Source: Candidatus Multivorans sp. | GTDB taxonomy: Bacteria; Acidobacteriota; Thermoanaerobaculia; Multivoradales; Multivoraceae | Assembly: GCA_965247095.1 (NCBI GenBank) | Contig: OZ251997.1 | Coordinates: 2,400,001 to 2,464,000 of the forward strand | Length of the DNA stretch: 64,000 nucleotides | Direction: 5' to 3' | Shown here: positions 58,120 to 64,000 of the stretch, piece by piece | Position numbering within the stretch: position 1 is the stretch's first letter | Layout of the letters: every line of letters starts with the position of its first letter | The notes under the pieces: model-generated | Told to the model about the DNA's origin: nothing | The model's input: the letters and a program-made list of their open reading frames with translations, nothing else | The model's database searches: none | Position numbers and translations under genes: made by a program

Positions 58120-60042
58120 TCACGTCGCGCTGATCCTGCGCCCTGCGGCACTGGCGAATTCGTTGATCCCGATCTCGTGTCGAAGGTCCGCCGAGCGAAG
58201 ATCGAGCTCTTCGCCGAGGGGGATCCCGATTCCGTCGGCGATGCGAACCATGCGCTGAAAGTTCGCGATGACGGCGGCGACGTCGACGACCGCTGCATCT
58301 CCCAACGACTTCTGGACGGCGTCGCGGGCCTGTGTCACCTCCGGTGACCGGGCAACTACCGCATCCGCGTAGGCGATCAACTCTGCGCCATACGCCACCC
58401 CGGTCACTTGATCGCTGGCACCCCTAGTGATCGCCTCGAAGTCCACATCGCTGCCCTGACTGCTCGCCCGGAGCATCTGTGCGTGTGCGGTCGTTCAGTA
58501 GAAGCACTCGTTGAGGGCGGATAACCGGCCGGCGACCAACTCCGTCTGCCTGCGGTCCAGGCTGCCAGACTTTGGGTTGTGACCCGCCAGGTAGAAGGGA
58601 AACAGAAGGTCGAGCAGATTACGCAGGGCATCGGGCACGAGGGACATGGCCCGAATCACGTTCGGCACGAAGCGACGGGAAGCGGGAAGCCGATCGTAGA
58701 CGTCGGCTTCGTTCTCACCCTCGCCATCGTTGGGGATCATGGGAACCCAGGCGCCATCGTCGACGGCCTCCGCGGGTCGGTAGCGGGTAGGTTCACCGGC
58801 CCGCACCTCCGGGAGCGGAAGCAGCGGGAACTCCAGAGCGTCGCAGAAGGCGTCGATCCCCATCACCGTGCCCCAGTTGAGCATGGACCACATGGACTTC
58901 CGCTCCATCATCTTCTTGAAGTGGGCAGCACCGTTCATTTCCGGTACTCGTCCCACCCCTGGGCCCATGTCCGGGAGGACCGGGAAACCGGCTTCGACCC
59001 GGAAGTCGAAGCTCTGCGACCGAGGTAGACCGCACTCCACGTCGTCGCACGCTTGCCAACGGACCCTGCCGCTGATGTCGACATAGCGCTTGCCGTCGGC
59101 CTTCTGCATGGCTCTGCCGTTTTGTGCGATCGGTAGCCGCAGCACCACGTCGCCCTCGTAGACTTCGAGGGTGTCGCCGGACCCGGCGAGGGTCAACCTC
59201 GAAGTAGGCGGTGCAACCAGAGCGCGGCTGATGATGCCGGGAGCGTCGTCGACTTCGATCGTGGCAGCCACCAGGCCGTCCGGTACCGGCTCGCCGTAGA
59301 GATGCTGCCCTTCCGGTACCCGAAAGGTCGCGACGATCTCGTGAAAGACGCCCGAGAGCAGCCGGTCGGCGTCGAGGATCACGTCGACACTCACCTGCTC
59401 CGCCGGGCTTGCCGCGGGCTCCACCTCGAACCTCCGGCCGAGAGCAGCGTTGAGGAGCTGCTCGGGTCCGAATCTCGCACCAAAGTTGCGGTCGAAGAAC
59501 TTGGCGACGATGATGCCGTCGGCATCGATCGCGTAGGCCCCGGGAAAGGGGATCCCGTACCAGGGGTGCTCGTCCGGCGGGATGAGCGTGTTGAGGATCC
59601 CGAACGCTCGAATCACCTCGCTGTTCGGGTCCGACAGCATGGTGAAAGTGACCCCCATGGCATTGGAGTAGTCGGCGAGCGCATCGACCTCGTCATAGGT
59701 CAGGGTGTAGAGCTTGACCCCGGCGGCATCGAAAGCGGCCATTCCTCGCTCCAGCTCGACCAGCTGGGTTCGACAGGGGGGTCACCACACCGCTGATCGG
59801 GAGAAGACCAGGACCGCCGGTTGGCCGCGGCGGTCCGCATGCAGGTCGATCGAGCGACCGTGTTGGTCGATCGCGACCACCTCGGGTAGTCGCGTGCCGA
59901 CCTCGGGACCGTTCGGAAAGTCACCGAGGGGAATGCGACGGGATCTCGTGTTGGGAGCCAACGGCATGAGGAAGCCGTCGGCGTCGGCGAAGTAGCCGGG
60001 GGGGCCGGCCTCACGGCCTCGCGTATCTACTCTGATGTCCAT
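58120..60042 (-). CDS. Putative two-selenocysteine protein: peroxiredoxin-like (UxxC) + DsbD-N-like + AhpD-related (CxxU)
   Basis: Three same-frame ORFs separated only by TGA at 59782-84 (SAVW-U-PPCRTQL) and 58495-97 (NECFY-U-TTAH); hairpins follow both; middle domain has HLY and QACDDVEC. Confidence 0.75.
58461..58475 (-). promoter_or_regulatory. SECIS-like hairpin for second Sec
   Basis: UGCUC-CGGGC-GAGCA starting after a 19-nt spacer 3' of UGA. Confidence 0.6.
59751..59767 (-). promoter_or_regulatory. SECIS-like hairpin for first Sec
   Basis: CCAGCU-GGUCG-AGCUGG starting after a 14-nt spacer 3' of UGA; G first in apical loop. Confidence 0.65.
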
Positions 60043-60145
60043 TCGCGCACTCTACAGCGCGACGAGAAGCAGCATCCCGGCGAGCTGCTCCACCCCTGGC
60101 GCCGCCGCCGCGCCCGGTAGCGCGGACGCTCTAGATGGACGCTAC

Positions 60146-60907
60146 TCAGTTCCACCAGGCCTTGTCGGAGTAGGCACGCACGTCCAACTCGAAGGTCCAG
60201 GTGGACCGATGCTGTCGGACGAGATGGAGGTAGGTCTCCGCCACCTGCTTGGGCAGGATGAGGCCGTCGGCCGCTCCCTTCGTGTTCCGGAGAGCCTCGA
60301 ACCGCTCCGGCCCAAGCATCTTGCCTAGCGTGTCCGGTGCATCGACCGATCCATCCACGAGCACATGAGCCACATGAATTCCCCTTGCGGCGAACTCGGC
60401 GTTCAGCGTCTGGCAGAGCATGCGGCGTCCCCCCATCGCGGCCGCGTGGGAGTGCTGTCCTGCATTGCCGCGCGCCGCGGCTGTGGCCGAGGTGACGATC
60501 AGCGTTCCATGGCCACGCTCAGCCATGCGGGGGCAGACCGCGGAGGCTGTCCGGAAGAGGCCGAACGTGGCCATGCGCCAGCCGAGCTCGAAGGCCTTGT
60601 AGCTGGTATCGGCGAGCGCCCGATCGCCGATCTGGGCGCCGAGGTTGTAGATCATCACTTCGATCGGCCCGATCTCCTCCTCCACCTGGGCAATCTGATC
60701 CTCGATGGCGTTCTCCTTGACGGCGTTCAGGAGAAAGCCGGACGCATCCCCTCCCTCCTCGTGAATGCCGGCGACCAGAGCGTTCAGCCCGTCTTCGTCG
60801 CTCCGGCGACAGAGAACCGCGTGGTACTCCTCGCGAGCAAACCTTCGGCCTGCGGTACCACCGATCCCGGCGCCGGCGCCCATGACAAAGCAAACTGGTT
60901 TCATCAT
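60146..60907 (-). CDS. SDR family oxidoreductase (atypical, HxxxM)
   Basis: GAGAGIG, YNLGAQIG, TSATAA, HAAAMGG, HVAHVLVDG, WTFELDVR; RBS GGAGG. Confidence 0.9.
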   Translation of the reverse strand: MMKPVCFVMGAGAGIGGTAGRRFAREEYHAVLCRRSDEDGLNALVAGIHEEGGDASGFLLNAVKENAIEDQIAQVEEEIGPIEVMIYNLGAQIGDRALADTSYKAFELGWRMATFGLFRTASAVCPRMAERGHGTLIVTSATAAARGNAGQHSHAAAMGGRRMLCQTLNAEFAARGIHVAHVLVDGSVDAPDTLGKMLGPERFEALRNTKGAADGLILPKQVAETYLHLVRQHRSTWTFELDVRAYSDKAWWN

Positions 60908-60944
60908 CCTTCCTCCATGAGTGGACAGCGGAGCGTATGACAGG

Positions 60945-61844
60945 ATGACCGGCACCACGACCGTACAAGCCGCTTCCGAAACGCGCCCTGACTGGACGCC
61001 CGCCGCAGCCCCCATCGAAATCCGACCTCTGACGCCCCATATCGGCGCGGAGATCGAGGGAGTCGACCTGTCCCAGCCGCTCTCCCAGTCCCAGAAGGAC
61101 GACATCAGGCAAGCCTGGCTGGACTGGCAGGTGCTGGTCTTCCGTGACCAGGAACTCACCCGCGAGCAGCACAAGGACTTCGGCCGGTCCTTCGGCCCGC
61201 TGCAGGTCCACCCCCTGCACAAGAGCTCCGAGTACAAGGGCGGGCACGACCCGGAGATCCTCGTCGTCAAGACCACCCAGAAGTCGAAGTACACGGCGGG
61301 CGACGGCTGGCACACCGACGTGTCGTGCGACGAGAAGCCGCCGATGGCGTCGATGCTCTACATCAAGGAGATTCCCGAGTGCGGCTCGGGAGGCGACACG
61401 CTCTTCGCCGACATGTATCGCGCCTACGAGACCCTCTCGGAGCGGATGCAGCAGTTTCTCGAGGGTCTGATCGCGGTACATGACGGTGCGCTGCCCTACA
61501 TCGGCAAGTACGGCTACGCGGCTCCCGATGGAAAGGCGTACCCGAAGACCGAGCACCCGGTGGTGATCCGCCATCCCGAGACCGGCCGCAAGGCCCTGTT
61601 CGTCAACAGCGGTTTCACCTCGCATATCCGCGGTCTGCGACGATGGGAGAGCCGCGGTCTGCTCGACATGCTCTTCGAGCACATTGCCACCACAGTCTCT
61701 CTGACCTGTCGCGTGCGCTGGGAGCCCAATACGCTTACTCTCTGGGACAACCGCTGCACCCAGCATCATGCCGTGTGGGACTACTACCCGCAGTCGCGCT
61801 TCGGCGAGCGGGTCTCGATTGTGGGTGACCGGCCGGTCGCCTAG
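60945..61844 (+). CDS. TauD/TfdA family dioxygenase (copy 2)
   Basis: Same motifs as copy 1; about 10 amino-acid differences counted by eye. Confidence 0.93.
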   Translation: MTGTTTVQAASETRPDWTPAAAPIEIRPLTPHIGAEIEGVDLSQPLSQSQKDDIRQAWLDWQVLVFRDQELTREQHKDFGRSFGPLQVHPLHKSSEYKGGHDPEILVVKTTQKSKYTAGDGWHTDVSCDEKPPMASMLYIKEIPECGSGGDTLFADMYRAYETLSERMQQFLEGLIAVHDGALPYIGKYGYAAPDGKAYPKTEHPVVIRHPETGRKALFVNSGFTSHIRGLRRWESRGLLDMLFEHIATTVSLTCRVRWEPNTLTLWDNRCTQHHAVWDYYPQSRFGERVSIVGDRPVA

Positions 61845-61888
61845 CTACCTCGTTAGACACCGAGGAGCGGACGCGCCTCTTCCGTGGG

Positions 61889-63616
61889 TTACTTCCTGGA
61901 AGCGGTGTTTTTCAGCCGCAGGTCCTTGAACTCGACGCGCATCCCCGCATCGTGGATCTGCAGACCGATTGCGCCTTTGTCCGAACGTCCTTCTTTCGCG
62001 TTGTCGGTGAACTCAGAGGCGAGCTTTCCGTTGATAAAGAACTGGTAGTGTAGTCCAGCTTGAGCGAATTCGCTCCGCTCGCGGTGCTGAGCGCGGCCAG
62101 GAGGACGTTGTCTGAACGACCACTCCCGTAGAAGGAACGGAGCAGCGACTTCGCGGCGTCGTGCCCAAGTCCGCCAGACTCGATCGCCGCAGTCAGAGCC
62201 GGCACGCCTCCTTCGCGGCCGAGGAATGCGACAAGTGCCCGGGTGGCCGTGGCGTTGTCCAACCCGGGCTCCCCGAACAGTCTGACCGCAAACTTCGCAG
62301 CCGCTTTCGAGTCGAGGACAACGAGTGCTTCAATCGCTGAGGCGCGCAGTGTCGGTGTATGCGGCGCATCGGCATGGGCCGCGAGCAGTTCTGTTGCGCC
62401 TTCGGCCGCGAGGCTTGCCATGGCGCCGAAAGCGGCGGTCCGCACGAACTCGGGAAGCGACTCGTCCTTGGCCATCGCGAGGAGACTCTCCTGCGTGTCC
62501 CTGGCCCTCCAGACCCCGGCCAAGATGGCGGCATTGGCACGGAGTTGGAGATTCGGGTGCTCCAACATCCCCGCCAGAGCCCACGGATGATCATACGGCT
62601 CGAGACTTCCAGAACGCGTCGCCCTGGCGGCGGCGGCCAGGATCCGTGCATGTGCATCGGCGTCGTACTTTCCGCCGCTCAAATAGCGATCCGGAGTCAA
62701 GACGAACTCTTCGATTTCCTCTCTTCCCCCTTAGCCCAAGGAGGTTCTCGATCGCGCTCAGACGCGTGTCTTCGCCGGGTGAGCTCGCGCTTCGCCTGAT
62801 AGCGCGTCCACCGCTCGGGCGCTTCGAGGGCGGCAACAACCTCCTCCAGCGGCGCATCCAGGAGCCTCGGCGCCTTCACAAGAGGTGTCGAGGAAGAGGC
62901 AATCCACGTTGTCGTGACGGTCACGTAGGCGCGGCCGGCCGTGTCCCAGCGAATCGCAAGCGGGTTGGTGAGGCCGTCAGCCTCCGACGCGAAGAGATTG
63001 ACCTGCATGCCGTGCGGCACGCTGAACGAAGCAAGCTCCGTCTCGATGTCGGCGGCCGGATGGCCAAAGAGCACTTCCGGCTCGGGGCGCTGATGCCCCG
63101 GGTCCTGGCCGCCGTTGGCTACAGCCCAGACGCGCTCTTCCGCCTTTTCGATCAAGCCGACAAGCTGCTGCCACTCCTCGCGAAAGGAGAGATAGCCGTG
63201 GCTCGACCTGGTAAAGCGCCGCGTCGAGTCGTCACGAGCCCTTCGCTTCCTGTCATCGATTCCGGCTTGCCGTACTGCGCAATGACAACCGTCGTGCCGA
63301 CCCGTTCGAGCTGAGCGTCCCAATCGCCGAAGCCGTCCTCGCGCCAGCGTTCCAGCGAAGAGCCTTGCCGGAAGACGGTGTCCGCTTCCCAGGAGAGATC
63401 ACGGAAGGTGGGCCGAACCTCGGCGAACGCGTCCGTCAGAACGGTCTCGAGATAGCCCGCCCGCTGCAGGTACGCCATATCGGTGCCGCCGGCGAGCACA
63501 ACCACTTCCTCTTCCCCTAAGGCCAACGGAGGCGGTGCCTGCGTGCAGCTCGCCAGGAGCATCCCCGACAGGATCAAGGTCAACGAGAACAGGAGGCGGG
63601 AGGGTTTTCTGATCAT
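61889..63616 (-). pseudogene. Multiply deleted relic of a large PVC-type membrane-bound dehydrogenase/heme protein, with DUF1080-like tail
   Basis: Successive out-of-frame pieces: lipoprotein signal + SGNH-like (FRDLSWEADTV); FSVPHGMQVNLFASE..LTNPLAIRWD..GR; LEAPERWTRYQAKREL; HEAT-like repeats; FINGK..SEFTD..KGAIGLQIH..VEFKDLRLK*. Confidence 0.7.
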
Positions 63617-63621
63617 GGCGC

Positions 63622-64000
63622 CTAACCTCGCCCCATGTACGGCATCTGGTTTGCCATCACCGTTATGAAAGGTACGTTTGCGTCGAGCGGGAGTGCGGCC
63701 ATGTAGCGCACCGCATCGACCACGGCGCGCACGTCCATGGTGGGCTCCGCCTTCGTGCTGCCGTCGGGTTGGGGCACACCCTCTGACATACGCGCGGTCA
63801 TTCTCGTGTAGGCGTTGCCGATGTCGATTTGTCCGCATGCGATGTTGAACTTGCGCCCGTCCAGCGACGTCGACCGTGTAAGCCCGGTGACCGCGTGTTT
63901 TGTCGCAGTGTAAGGGGCGGAATTTGGGCGCGGCACGTGTGCGGAGACCGAGCCGTTGTTGATGATGCGTCCGCCCTGGGGATCCTGCTCCTTCATCAGC
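63622..64000 (-). CDS. SDR family oxidoreductase (5' end off window)
   Basis: [36 protein letters not shown]. Confidence 0.9.
   Translation of the reverse strand, partial: LMKEQDPQGGRIINNGSVSAHVPRPNSAPYTATKHAVTGLTRSTSLDGRKFNIACGQIDIGNAYTRMTARMSEGVPQPDGSTKAEPTMDVRAVVDAVRYMAALPLDANVPFITVMANQMPYMGRG

Noticed and set aside
56589-64000. Prophage or integrative island at tRNA-Glu
   Set aside because: No integrase, phage or conjugation genes and no distal att copy seen within the window

Overview
High-GC bacterial window. Gene content points to an Acidobacteriota-like, possibly host-associated organism, which is inference only. It holds about 50 intact CDSs: many secreted or periplasmic enzymes, two TonB receptors, metal transporters, a fabG-fabF-ACP-acyltransferase cluster, a sarcosine-oxidase-like operon, two PQQ dehydrogenases and two near-identical TauD genes. 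It also has four intact toxin-antitoxin pairs plus relics, tRNA-Glu(TTC) followed by a ~97-bp tandem array, a modular REP-like palindrome family and about a dozen genes reduced to internally deleted relics. Main findings: (1) a 640-codon reading frame at 58120-60042 (-), split by the ORF track at two in-frame TGA codons that sit in UxxC and CxxU redox motifs, each followed by a SECIS-like hairpin, so a candidate two-selenocysteine multidomain redox protein; (2) five intact and two relic paralogues of an uncharacterised secreted 'EYACHEGNY' family plus a DUF6152-like His-His protein; (3) a candidate ~64-nt three-way-junction sRNA with its own promoter and terminator; (4) pervasive deletion-type gene erosion. 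Family assignments come from motif recognition by eye; no database search was run.
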